From contig OZ250172.1 in assembly GCA_965237905.1 (NCBI GenBank), forward strand, positions 1,408,001 to 1,472,000: a DNA stretch of 64,000 nucleotides, in the 5' to 3' direction. Both the position numbers and the translations under genes were made by a program. Below are positions 39,104 to 48,852 of the stretch, piece by piece (within the stretch, counting starts at the first letter, position 1; each line of letters opens with the position of its first letter). The stretch is from Nitrospinaceae bacterium. GTDB lineage: Bacteria; Nitrospinota; Nitrospinia; Nitrospinales; Nitrospinaceae. The notes beneath the pieces were generated by a model, which saw nothing but the letters and a program-made list of their open reading frames with translations, made no database searches and was not told the DNA's origin.

Positions 39104-39177
39104 AGCTGGCATAGGGACAGCAATCCCCCGACCGGCTGATTACAAATCGGCACCTCAATTCATTGAGTTATGCCCGC
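39104..39177 (-). pseudogene. degenerate tRNA-Thr(TGT)
   Basis: GCGGGCATAACTCAATGAATTGAGGTGCCGATTTGTAATCAGCCGGTCGGGGGATTGCTGTCCCTATGCCAGCT at the thrU position; mismatched stems, T-loop consensus lost, no CCA. Confidence 0.75.
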
Positions 39178-39200
39178 TCGCGATTAAAATGAAAACGGCT

Positions 39201-39229
39201 ATCTTACTTTTTGTTTACGATTTGTGCAA
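39201..39229 (-). promoter_or_regulatory. putative sigma70 promoter of the tRNA cluster
   Basis: TTGCAC-17 bp-TAAGAT with A/T tracts upstream. Confidence 0.6.
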
Positions 39230-39407
39230 ATAAAAAAGAGAAATAAAATCTTTTGGCAAGAAGCCCCCAACTTTCCGCTACAATTGGCAGGTTATAAGTT
39301 ATCATGAAAATCAACGGAAGGACAAGTTTTTTTAAGGGTTTATGCGCTATTTCCTAATAATGCCCATTTTTTATTCAAGACAACCTAAATCACCTGAATA
39401 AAAGAGG

Positions 39408-40670
39408 TTATTGATTTTTTCCTTTATAATTGGACATCTGGAAAACAATCTTTCCGGAGACCATTGAAAAATCGACTTGCCGCCGATCTGGATCAAACGG
39501 CAGGTCCCACCAATCCTCCTCTGAATTATGAAATCGGAAGCCGATCAAGTCCGCCGGTTGGCCTGGTTCAAGTCCCAATTTTTCAATGTCCAAAACCTGG
39601 CTCCCTCCAGCTGTCGCCAGCCACAGAATCTCCGAACGATGCAATTCAGGCAGCATTTCTTCCGCTAATCGGATTTCATTGAGGAAATTCAGTGAATCGT
39701 TGCTCGCCAGCGAGTCGGTCCCAAGTCCCACAGAAATCCCCCAGTCCAGCAAATCCTTCACCGGCATCCAGGTCTTCCGGCCAAACCAGCGGGTACTGCC
39801 AGGACAAAACACCGCACTGGCATTATTCTCAGCCAGTCGGCCCAAGTCGGATTCCTCCAAACAATTCAAATGGATAGTCACCATATCCTGCAATACGCCC
39901 AACTGCTCCAGATACCGGACGGGGCTCACGCCGGGAGATTTCCAGGAGGTATCGTAGACTTCCCGCTTTTTGAGAAGCTCAAGAAAATCGCCATCTCCCT
40001 GGCTCAAAAACCGGGTTTCCTCCTCGACTTCCGCCACATGGCAGGAATAACGGCAATCCAGCTTATCCGCCAGTTTTTTCAATTCCTTAAGCAGGGCAGG
40101 CGAAACGGAATAAGGCGCATGCGGCGCCACCGCCAGTTGAATGGGAGAACCGGCCCCTGCCGCCGGATGCTCCCGCAGAAGGGCCTCCACCGACCGGGCT
40201 TTTTCGCCTGCCAAGGCCGACTGAAAACCGAGAGTTTCCAGAAACAGCACTTGGCGAAACGGCAGCGCTTGATATTCCACCAGCAGTTCCGGATGCGAAA
40301 AATAATCGCCCAGGGCCGTGACTCCGGATTCGATCAGCGTCTGCGCTTCCCGATGCAGGGCATCCACCCGGTCGTGCCAGGAGAGAACTGCGTTTTCAGC
40401 CACCACCGATTCAATCCAATCGACGAACCTTTCCTGCCGGGCAACCTTGCCCTGCAATCCGGACAGAGACAAGTGGCAATGGGCGTTGACGAAACCGGGA
40501 AGGATCAGGCAGTCCGACCAGTCGTGCGTGATCCCTGCGAACGATTCATGGGTCCCCGAGCGCACCTCCACAATGCGGCCTTGATCCATGACGAGTTCAC
40601 CCTTTTCATAATCATCCCCGCTCATGCTCACGAGCTTTTGAAATAAAATGCGGGTCAATGAATCGGCCAT
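39408..40670 (-). CDS. amidohydrolase-family nucleoside deaminase (MtaD/MqnF-like)
   Basis: PGFVNAHCH, APHAPY, HVAE, LGTDSLASN motifs; substrate cannot be assigned from sequence. Confidence 0.8.
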   Translation of the reverse strand: MADSLTRILFQKLVSMSGDDYEKGELVMDQGRIVEVRSGTHESFAGITHDWSDCLILPGFVNAHCHLSLSGLQGKVARQERFVDWIESVVAENAVLSWHDRVDALHREAQTLIESGVTALGDYFSHPELLVEYQALPFRQVLFLETLGFQSALAGEKARSVEALLREHPAAGAGSPIQLAVAPHAPYSVSPALLKELKKLADKLDCRYSCHVAEVEEETRFLSQGDGDFLELLKKREVYDTSWKSPGVSPVRYLEQLGVLQDMVTIHLNCLEESDLGRLAENNASAVFCPGSTRWFGRKTWMPVKDLLDWGISVGLGTDSLASNDSLNFLNEIRLAEEMLPELHRSEILWLATAGGSQVLDIEKLGLEPGQPADLIGFRFHNSEEDWWDLPFDPDRRQVDFSMVSGKIVFQMSNYKGKNQ

Positions 40671-40693
40671 AAGATTGAATCGAGTTGGAAGGG

Positions 40694-43138
40694 TTAAGGC
40701 AGGTCGGCCTGGATGCCCCATTGGGTATGGAGGTTCACTTTGTTGTCATGTCCTCCCAGGGAATAGTGGTCTTCACCGCCGCCGGTATCGAACAGGATTC
40801 CGAAGCTATCCAGTTGGCGAAATTCCTCGGTGCTACCGTGGCCTTGCCCCTCATCATGCAGATAATATTCGTCACTGCCGCCGCTGTCGCTGAGGACACC
40901 AAAACCATTGGCGTGGCCCGCTCCCTGGGCCAAGGTGCCTCCAACATATCGGTCGTTGCCGCTGTTGTCCAAAAGAAAACCGACTGCCAGATCGTGCCCG
41001 CACCCCTGCGACACTCCGTATCGGGCGAGGTAGTGATCGTCTCCTGCCGTATCGTGTAAAATTCCGGCGGCGAGATGAATCCCCGCACCCTGCGAATACC
41101 GTCCCGCCGCATAGAGATCATGTCCTTCGGTATCGTTCAAAATTCCAAGGCTGTACCAATAGCCTGCGCCCTGAGAAAAATAATCGCCGAGGTAAGTGTC
41201 GTTGCCTTGGGCATCGTCGATAATCCCGATACCACCCGAAGCTCCGGCCAGGGTTCCCCAGGGACGAAGGCCAAATCCGAAGCCCTGCGACATGGAGAGG
41301 TAGGCCTTGCCGGGTTCGCGGTGATCCTGGTACACCCCGCCTGCAAAAAACCGATCGTTGCCTTCGCTTTCGAGGATCAAACCCATGCCGCGGACAAATC
41401 CGAATCCCTGGGAATAGATCGCGGCTGAATACTGATCGTTGCCGCCGGATTCGGCGATCAAGCCAATACCCAGAAACCCTGCGCCCTGGCAAAAGGAGTG
41501 ACACCGGTAAATATCATCACCCCCCATATCGATCAGCATCCCCACTCCCAGCACCCCAACGCCCTGTCCGAAACTTTCCGAAAGGTACTGATCGTCTCCT
41601 CCCAAATCGATCAAAAATCCACCGCCCAAAAGACCCGCACCCTGCGCATAATCTTCGCCAGTCATATAAACATCGTTGCCGGAAAAATCGATCACCATGC
41701 TGAAGGGGTATCCGTTCCGACTGGCCCCGGCGCCGTTCCGATAACGGTCGTTACCACCCAGGTCGACGATCAGCAGGGCTTCTTGATCGTAATCATTATC
41801 GCCCGTCCCACCCACAATCATCAAACCATGCCGGGTGGTCACATGGGTAACGTTGCCCACTGCTTCTATAACCCCACCTTCATGAGAAAGGGAAAACCGG
41901 TCCAGATTCTGTTGCCACTCCACAAGAGTCTCCAGGTTGATTTCCTGCGCCACCTTTAAACCGGCAGTGAGTAAGAGAGGCGCGTCGACCTTCAAAGCCG
42001 TATTGAGAAATTCAATCATTGAAGGCTGGTTCTCCCGGGTTTCGTCCGCGGTCAAATCACGAGGTTGTAGACCGTCAACCATCAAATGACGGATACCTCG
42101 AATCAAAAGGTCCCTTTCTTCCAAAGTGAGTGGTTGCAACGCTTCGTCGCTTGCGGAACCCGCGTTGGACAGAGCTTCCAGAATTCGATCCAGCAGGATG
42201 GCCAGTTCGGGGGATCTTTTAAGGGGCGATGGTTGAGCCACCTCGAAATCCAACGCCTGCAGGGCGGTGTGGATGATACCCCCGGTATTCAACCGGCCTC
42301 CAATAAAATTCCGGCGCAGAGTGGAAGTCAAATCTTGAGAAACCAACGGCAAATCCAGAGGCTGATTGAGAATGGTATTCACTGCCTGCAGGCGAAACGG
42401 ACTATAAGTTTTTCCTTTGACAGCGGTGGTGACCGCTTGACGGGTGCGTTCGCGTATTTCCTCAACAACGGCGGAGTAGTCTTCCAACCGCTTGTGGTCA
42501 CGCAGAATGCGATACAGTAGAGAATCTTCCGTCGGCGAGGCCGAGACCTGCAATGATGGAGGTGGCTTGATGGACTCCGGCACGATCGGCTTGGGAAAAA
42601 GTTCGACCGGCAATTCCATCTCCTGGGAACCGCGTTTGATTTTCAATTGAAGGATATTACCGGGACCCGCGTCCTGCACCCTGCGGTTGAAATTCATCAT
42701 CAGTGAATTTTCTTTGCCAATGGACAACTGTTGGCCGTCGGTCGCCAGAATCGTGTCGCCAGACTGCAGCCCGGCACGATGGGCGGAGGAATAGGGGAAG
42801 ACCTCAAGTACTTGCACCGTGGGGGAAAGATCCTCGGCATCTTTCAAAAATAGAGGCGGACCTTCCTGCATGGTGATGCCCAGCCACCCTTTTGGGGACC
42901 GCGGCGGGCGGGTAGGCGTCTCCACTTCTTCCATCACGTCCGGCGGCATGCCGAACAACTGTTGTATCAAGGTCGGGTCCGCGACCATCCTCCGGCCCAA
43001 TCCCTGGGTCGGCTTTTTCCAATACACGGAGGCGTCCTCCGGCTCCGCATGGGATGGAGAAGCGCCGGCAAAAATCATCACTAATAAAATTAGAACCCCT
43101 GCCCACCGGCAAGATATCTTAAATCGATTGCATCGCAT
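40694..43138 (-). CDS. exported PDZ-domain protein with C-terminal Gly/Asp repeats
   Basis: Signal-peptide-like N-terminus, GWLGITM...SAHRAGLQSGDTIL PDZ domain, about 12 LxDxxGxDxY repeats; start approximate. Confidence 0.75.
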   Translation of the reverse strand: MRCNRFKISCRWAGVLILLVMIFAGASPSHAEPEDASVYWKKPTQGLGRRMVADPTLIQQLFGMPPDVMEEVETPTRPPRSPKGWLGITMQEGPPLFLKDAEDLSPTVQVLEVFPYSSAHRAGLQSGDTILATDGQQLSIGKENSLMMNFNRRVQDAGPGNILQLKIKRGSQEMELPVELFPKPIVPESIKPPPSLQVSASPTEDSLLYRILRDHKRLEDYSAVVEEIRERTRQAVTTAVKGKTYSPFRLQAVNTILNQPLDLPLVSQDLTSTLRRNFIGGRLNTGGIIHTALQALDFEVAQPSPLKRSPELAILLDRILEALSNAGSASDEALQPLTLEERDLLIRGIRHLMVDGLQPRDLTADETRENQPSMIEFLNTALKVDAPLLLTAGLKVAQEINLETLVEWQQNLDRFSLSHEGGVIEAVGNVTHVTTRHGLMIVGGTGDNDYDQEALLIVDLGGNDRYRNGAGASRNGYPFSMVIDFSGNDVYMTGEDYAQGAGLLGGGFLIDLGGDDQYLSESFGQGVGVLGVGMLIDMGGDDIYRCHSFCQGAGFLGIGLIAESGGNDQYSAAIYSQGFGFVRGMGLILESEGNDRFFAGGVYQDHREPGKAYLSMSQGFGFGLRPWGTLAGASGGIGIIDDAQGNDTYLGDYFSQGAGYWYSLGILNDTEGHDLYAAGRYSQGAGIHLAAGILHDTAGDDHYLARYGVSQGCGHDLAVGFLLDNSGNDRYVGGTLAQGAGHANGFGVLSDSGGSDEYYLHDEGQGHGSTEEFRQLDSFGILFDTGGGEDHYSLGGHDNKVNLHTQWGIQADLP

Positions 43139-43143
43139 AAATA

Positions 43144-43617
43144 TTAAAACCATGTTTGTTGGCGGTAGGTTTGGTATTGGTCGCCGAATTTTTGTAGAAG
43201 GGCTTTTTCCTCGAGGCGTGAGCGAATAATATTCAAAGGCAAAACCACCACAAAAAAATAAATCATCCCCACCGTCGAACCCACCGTCAGGAACAGGCCG
43301 AACAGAGTCATATCGATCCCCAGGTACACCGGGTGCCGAAGGTAACGGTACACGCCCTGCGTTACCAGCCGTTCTCCTCCCGGTAGAACCGCCAGAGATT
43401 TTCCGAGATGGATCATGGCCACGATCCACAATGCCACGCCGGACAACCCGACCGTGAACCCCACATACACCAGCGGACGCATACCGAAACCGAAATGTTT
43501 GGGCGCAAACCAGGCCACCCCCAACGCCAGTAAATAAAGTGATGGTACCAGCACCGTTACAACCGCCGCCTTGACCGGAGAAAGTGATTCCCAAAAATCA
43601 GGTTTGGTTTCGTTCAT
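43144..43617 (-). CDS. ICMT/Ste14-family membrane methyltransferase
   Basis: LVTQGVYRYLRHPVYLG and RLEEKALLQKFGDQY motifs with TM helices; ATG overlaps the lpxK stop (ATGA). Confidence 0.85.
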   Translation of the reverse strand: MNETKPDFWESLSPVKAAVVTVLVPSLYLLALGVAWFAPKHFGFGMRPLVYVGFTVGLSGVALWIVAMIHLGKSLAVLPGGERLVTQGVYRYLRHPVYLGIDMTLFGLFLTVGSTVGMIYFFVVVLPLNIIRSRLEEKALLQKFGDQYQTYRQQTWF

Positions 43618-44693
43618 AATTGCTTTGACAGGAGCCGGTCCCACTCTTCCTGTCCCTCCAGAATTTCCAAAGCGACCCGCACCGCGTATACCGGCAGGTC
43701 AAATGCATGGCCCTTTAGTTTAACCGCATCCTTTTCAGTAGTGACGATCAATTTTGCCCCCGCCTGCTTCGCCCGGTTTTCTATGGCTTTTAAATCGTCG
43801 GCTGAATAATCGTGATGGTCTGGAAAATGGTTCTGATTCACGATTTGCACCGGCACCTGTTCCAGCATATGAAAAAAATCGAGGGGATGGGCAATGCCGC
43901 AAAACGCCGCGACCGGTTGGTCTTGGAGGGTTTCAATTCCCATTTCCTCTCCCGAACTCAATTCGATCACCGACTGCACCCGCAACCCGGTTTTAATCAC
44001 CGGCACCCGCTTGATGTTATACCCGTCGATTCGGTCCATCGGATTGTCCTCGCGGCACCGGGTCAGGCAGATCACGTCCGCCCGGCTCACCGCTGATAGG
44101 GGTTCCCGCAACTCGCCCGCCGGGAACACGACGCCATTCCCGAAAGGACGGGTCGCATCACATAAAAGAATATTGAGATCGCGATGCAGGGGTAAATGTT
44201 GGTACCCATCGTCCAGAATCAGGACATCGGCCCCAAAATGCTCGATGGCGTATTTCCCTGTTTCGTAACGGATGCGGCCGGTCAGAACCGGAATGTCCTT
44301 CAGCCGCTGGGCCATCATCACCGGTTCATCCCCCACCACCTCCGGGGAGAGCAGGGTGTGTTGACCATCGTTCACCACGTTGACGGATTCCCGGGATCGG
44401 CCGCCGTAGCCGCGACTCAGGATGGCCGGTTTGAAGCCTTTACGGCGCAGGGTATCGGCTACCATCATCACCGTTGGGGTTTTACCCGTCCCCCCTAGCG
44501 TCAAATTGCCGATACTGATTACCCGGCAGTTCAAGCGGCGCATATGGAAAAAATTTTGGCGATACAACCACGCACGCACCCGTTGGCCCAACGCGTAAAA
44601 CACCGAAACCAGACGCAACAATCCATACACCGGTATCAGATGCAAAGGGCGCTTGGGAGAAATGACCTCATGAAAAAAGGATTCGAGGCTCAT
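43614..44693 (-). CDS. lpxK: tetraacyldisaccharide (lipid A) 4'-kinase
   Basis: IGNLTLGGTGKTP, LSRGYG, GDEP, LDDGYQH, TTEKDAVK. Confidence 0.96.
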   Translation of the reverse strand: MSLESFFHEVISPKRPLHLIPVYGLLRLVSVFYALGQRVRAWLYRQNFFHMRRLNCRVISIGNLTLGGTGKTPTVMMVADTLRRKGFKPAILSRGYGGRSRESVNVVNDGQHTLLSPEVVGDEPVMMAQRLKDIPVLTGRIRYETGKYAIEHFGADVLILDDGYQHLPLHRDLNILLCDATRPFGNGVVFPAGELREPLSAVSRADVICLTRCREDNPMDRIDGYNIKRVPVIKTGLRVQSVIELSSGEEMGIETLQDQPVAAFCGIAHPLDFFHMLEQVPVQIVNQNHFPDHHDYSADDLKAIENRAKQAGAKLIVTTEKDAVKLKGHAFDLPVYAVRVALEILEGQEEWDRLLSKQL

Positions 44694-44757
44694 GAAATTT
44701 TTCCGTTCTCCTTTCTCTCCATGCAGATGATCCGCGTCTGGTTTATAATCATTAACA

Positions 44758-46026
44758 ATGAAGTTCGCATACAATATTATCATAGCCGCCGCCCTCCTAC
44801 TGACTTCTCCCTACTGGATCATCCGCATGGGGCTGGACCCGTCGTTCCGTGCCGAGATCAGTCAACGGACGCGGCAATGGAAATCCGTGCCCGGACAAAC
44901 CGGATGCCTCTGGGTCCATGCGGCATCGGTCGGCGAAGTACGAGTGGCGGCATTGTTGATTCAGGCCTTGCAACAGCGATATCCCGACCGCACGATCGTT
45001 TTATCGACCTTCACGGCAACGGGATACGCACTGGCCAAAAAGGACTTGGAGTGCCTCGTGTTCCGGCTTCCGCTGGACCTGCCCTTTTTAATCCCCTCCC
45101 TGCTGAAACGGCTGGACCCTGCGATCCTGATTTTAGTTGAAGCGGAATACTGGCCCAACCTGCTCCGCTCCTGCCTGCAGAGAAAGATTCCCGTTCTGTT
45201 GGCCAACGGACGCCTGTCGGCCAAATCCTTTGCCCGGTATCAGAAACTGAAGCCCTGGTTTCTGTGGCTAACCGAACCTATCTCCACATTTTCCATGCGC
45301 GCCCAGGCGGAAGCGGACCGGCTCCTGCGATTAGACATCGCTCCGGCCCGGGTCCAGGTAACGGGCAACATGAAATTCGACAGCCTCACCACGGATGGGA
45401 ACCACCCTCCGAAATCGATGCAAATAGATGAAATTACAGTTATTTTTGGTTCCACCCGGCCCGGCGAAGAATCGGCCGTAGCAAATGCCATTTCTCAATT
45501 GAGCCAAAACCCTTTAGACTATAAGTTCATAATTGCTCCCCGCCATGTTCAGCGATGCCGTGAGGTGGAGAGCATTTTAAGAGATGCAGGATTGTCTGTC
45601 ACGCTCCATTCAGAGCAGAAAAATTCCACAGAAGGTTGGACGGCGTCTGTCCTGCTGGTGGATACTTTGGGGGTGTTAAACGATTACTACCGCCAGGGAC
45701 ATGTGGCTTTTGTGGGTGGAGGATTCGACCCCAGACACGGGGGACACAATATTCTCGAGCCCGCGCTTTTGGGACTGCCGGTGATCTACGGCAAACACAT
45801 GGGCAACTTCGAGGAAGAAGCCCGGTTGCTGTCCGAATCCGGAGGCGGCATTCCAATCGAGCATCCCGAAGACTTGACTCCTGTATTAGAAAAATTATTG
45901 AGCGATCCGGAAGAAATTCTGAAACGTGGCGCTCTGGCCGCGGAAGTGGTCCAGCGGCACAAGGGAGCCGTGAACCGCAACCTGGACTTGATTCAATCGC
46001 TACTTGAAAAAGGAAACCCCACTTGA
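44758..46026 (+). CDS. waaA: Kdo transferase, paralog 1
   Basis: WVHAASVGE, EAEYWPN, GNMKFD, GGHNILEPA. Confidence 0.9.
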   Translation: MKFAYNIIIAAALLLTSPYWIIRMGLDPSFRAEISQRTRQWKSVPGQTGCLWVHAASVGEVRVAALLIQALQQRYPDRTIVLSTFTATGYALAKKDLECLVFRLPLDLPFLIPSLLKRLDPAILILVEAEYWPNLLRSCLQRKIPVLLANGRLSAKSFARYQKLKPWFLWLTEPISTFSMRAQAEADRLLRLDIAPARVQVTGNMKFDSLTTDGNHPPKSMQIDEITVIFGSTRPGEESAVANAISQLSQNPLDYKFIIAPRHVQRCREVESILRDAGLSVTLHSEQKNSTEGWTASVLLVDTLGVLNDYYRQGHVAFVGGGFDPRHGGHNILEPALLGLPVIYGKHMGNFEEEARLLSESGGGIPIEHPEDLTPVLEKLLSDPEEILKRGALAAEVVQRHKGAVNRNLDLIQSLLEKGNPT

Positions 46027-46028
46027 AT

Positions 46029-47363
46029 ATGAAACCCCGAGCAAAGCAACCGGCGAACACCAAGGGAGATAAGGTCCGCAAAAGAGTCAAGATCCTGAAA
46101 ATTGTCTCTAAAATCGCTTCTTTTGTGATGATGCCAGCCTTCACGATGTATTCCCTGTTCACCGGGGAAAAACGGCGCGGCCTCAAAGATCATTTCGGTT
46201 GGGTGCCCGTCTCGGAGAAAAAACCCGGGCAGAAGCTGGTCTGGGTGCATGCCTTGTCGCTGGGAGAAGTCAACGGCGCCACACCGGTACTTAAAATTAT
46301 CCGTGAAAAGCGGCCCAACATTGCCATTGCCGTCTCGGTCACCACAGATGCCGGCTATGATGCCGCCCACCGGATGCTTCCATTCGTGGACCATATCTTT
46401 TTTCATCCCCTGGACTGCTGGCCATTCATCAACCGTGCGCTGGACCGGATGAAACCGGATTTATACGTTCTCACCGATACCGGGTTCTGGCCCAGCATGC
46501 TGATGAGTTTGAAAGATCGGCGCATTCCGCCCATGGTGTTCAACGGAAGAATTTCTGAAAAATCGCAGGCCCGCTACAAACAGATTGCGACCATGGTCAA
46601 ACCTCTGCTCCAATCGTTTGCGGTGATCTGCATGCAAGGTGAACGCGGACGAACCACCATTCAAGATTTGGGGGCACCTCCTCAACGCGTACGCATTGTC
46701 GGAGATACCAAATTCGATGCCCTGCAAATCGTTCCGGAATCCGAGCGGAATCGCCTCCGCGAACGGTTTAGGTTCCCGTATGACGGGCAGGTCCTGGTGG
46801 CAGGCAGTACCCATGAGGGAGAAGAGCAAGTTTGCGCAGACGCTTATTTAAAACTGCGCCGAAAATTCCCTAAACTCTCCATGGTCCTCGCTCCCCGGAG
46901 ACTGGAACGCGTGGCAGAAATCGTTAAATTTCTTACCAAAGAAAACATTAGATTCGTTCTCCGGTCAGAAATTGATTCCCACTCCAAACCTATGGCCAAT
47001 ATCGTCGTGCTCGATTCGTTGGGTGAATTGTCCAGGGTGTATGCCATCGCCGATGTTGCATTTGTCGGGAGGAGCCTGAAGGCTCCGGGCGGCGGCCACA
47101 ACCTGCTGGAGCCCGTGGCCCAGGGCGTACCGGTTCTGCACGGGCCCTATATCGAAAATATTCAGAAAGTCGCAAACGAGTTGAAAACACAAGGCCTGGC
47201 TTTCACCGTATCGGATGATCAAACCTTATTTGCCGCAGTAAGAAGGTTGTTATTGCATTCGGATGAACTGCCCAGGCTCCGGGCAAAAGCCAATGCCTAT
47301 GTGCAGGAAAAAAGAGGGTCTTCCCTCGAGATCGCCAAATATATTGTGGCGATTTTGAAGTAA
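46029..47363 (+). CDS. waaA: Kdo transferase, paralog 2
   Basis: WVHALSLGE, GDTKFD, AGSTHEGEE, GGHNLLEP. Confidence 0.85.
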   Translation: MKPRAKQPANTKGDKVRKRVKILKIVSKIASFVMMPAFTMYSLFTGEKRRGLKDHFGWVPVSEKKPGQKLVWVHALSLGEVNGATPVLKIIREKRPNIAIAVSVTTDAGYDAAHRMLPFVDHIFFHPLDCWPFINRALDRMKPDLYVLTDTGFWPSMLMSLKDRRIPPMVFNGRISEKSQARYKQIATMVKPLLQSFAVICMQGERGRTTIQDLGAPPQRVRIVGDTKFDALQIVPESERNRLRERFRFPYDGQVLVAGSTHEGEEQVCADAYLKLRRKFPKLSMVLAPRRLERVAEIVKFLTKENIRFVLRSEIDSHSKPMANIVVLDSLGELSRVYAIADVAFVGRSLKAPGGGHNLLEPVAQGVPVLHGPYIENIQKVANELKTQGLAFTVSDDQTLFAAVRRLLLHSDELPRLRAKANAYVQEKRGSSLEIAKYIVAILK

Positions 47364-47376
47364 GCACACCCCCGTC

Positions 47377-48852
47377 CTAATCCCATGAAGATGAGTCAAC
47401 CTCTTGGATCGCTCTCGCAGTTTCCCCTGTTTTTTCCAACGTCCATCGGCTGACCCCCCACACCGCCAGCGACGCCAGCAGAAACGCTGGCACCATTTCA
47501 TAAATCACCGTATCGGAAAGGTTCTGCCACTTCCACACCAGTGTGGTGATAAAGCCGGTGAGCATACCGGCAATGGCCCCCTCCCGTGTCACTTTTTTGG
47601 AATACAACGTGAACAGAATCACCGGACCAAAACTCGCCCCCAGCCCCGACCACGCAAACAACACGAACCAGAAAATGACCGGCACCTCCAACAGTGCGAT
47701 GATCATCGCTCCGATTCCTAATAACAAAATGGATATGCGACTGATCATAATGATTTGTTTATGGGTCATGTCGCGGCTGATCATTTTGGTGCAGACGTCA
47801 TGCGCCACAGCGGAGGCGGCGACAATGATCTGCGCCGACACGGTGGACATGATCGCCGCCAGCACGCCCGTCAGCACCACCGCTGAAACTACCGTAGGCA
47901 GGAGTAATTCCGCCGCTTTCGGAAACAAATGCTCCGGATCGCTCAGTCCGGGAAACAACGCATGCCCGCACAACCCGAGCAGGATCGCCGAACCATAAAC
48001 CAGCAGGCCCCAACCCATGGCGATCCAAATGCCGTAGCGGATGGTTTGGGTATCTTTCGCGGCCATGTAACGGTTCAGCACATGCGGCTGTCCGGGATAA
48101 CCGAGGCCGATACCGAGCAGGCCGACCATGAATCCGAAAAACGCCCCCACCGTCCGGCCGCCCATCCAATCCAGCGTCTGCGGATGCGACTGGCTCAAAT
48201 GCTCGATCATGCCGCCGAACCCGCCGAGGCTCATCACCGCCACTGCCGACAACAGCACCAGACCGACAACCATGATGAGACCCTGCACAAAATCGGTCCA
48301 CGCCACCGCCAGGAATCCACCCAACATCGTGTACACAATGATGATCGCCGCACCGATGGGAATGCTTATATGATGCGGCACGCCGAAGATGGCGTCGAAG
48401 GTTTTACCGATAGCGGCAAACTGCGCCCCGACGTAGGCCATCATGCACGCGAAAATAATAATAACGGAGATGAGGCGGAGCGCATTGGTCTTGTCGTTGA
48501 AATGCGATTCCAGGTAATCGGGAATGGTGATGGCATTGGTTTCGTGCGAATGCTTGCGTAACCGCTCCGCGAGAAACAGCCAGTTGACCGCGTAACCCAT
48601 GAGGCATCCCGGCAGAAACCAGATGGCCGACAAGCCTTCCTTATAGACCAGGCCCACCGTACCCAGCACCGCCCAGGCGCTTTCCGAGGAGGCAGTCGAG
48701 GACACCGCAGTCACCCACGCCTTCAGCGACCGGTCCGCCAGGAAAAACTGGGACGGCGAAGTCGCCTTGCGCGAAGTCACCCACCCGATCCCCAGCATCA
48801 GGATCACATATAATGCGAAGACAACACTGATGACACCGGATAATTCGGTCAT
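47377..48852 (-). CDS. putP: sodium/proline (SSS family) symporter
   Basis: FFLADRSL, GGFLAVAWTDFVQG, LGYPGQPH, FAWSGLGASFGP; alternative start at 48870. Confidence 0.85.
   Translation of the reverse strand: MTELSGVISVVFALYVILMLGIGWVTSRKATSPSQFFLADRSLKAWVTAVSSTASSESAWAVLGTVGLVYKEGLSAIWFLPGCLMGYAVNWLFLAERLRKHSHETNAITIPDYLESHFNDKTNALRLISVIIIFACMMAYVGAQFAAIGKTFDAIFGVPHHISIPIGAAIIIVYTMLGGFLAVAWTDFVQGLIMVVGLVLLSAVAVMSLGGFGGMIEHLSQSHPQTLDWMGGRTVGAFFGFMVGLLGIGLGYPGQPHVLNRYMAAKDTQTIRYGIWIAMGWGLLVYGSAILLGLCGHALFPGLSDPEHLFPKAAELLLPTVVSAVVLTGVLAAIMSTVSAQIIVAASAVAHDVCTKMISRDMTHKQIIMISRISILLLGIGAMIIALLEVPVIFWFVLFAWSGLGASFGPVILFTLYSKKVTREGAIAGMLTGFITTLVWKWQNLSDTVIYEMVPAFLLASLAVWGVSRWTLEKTGETARAIQEVDSSSWD

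Noticed and set aside
39323..39350. TTATGCGC resembling one arm of a dif site
   Set aside because: The second (XerD) arm does not match
43139..43594. N-terminal 152 aa of the 966-aa ORF
   Set aside because: Overlaps the ICMT-family gene in another frame; the signal peptide indicates a start near 43138
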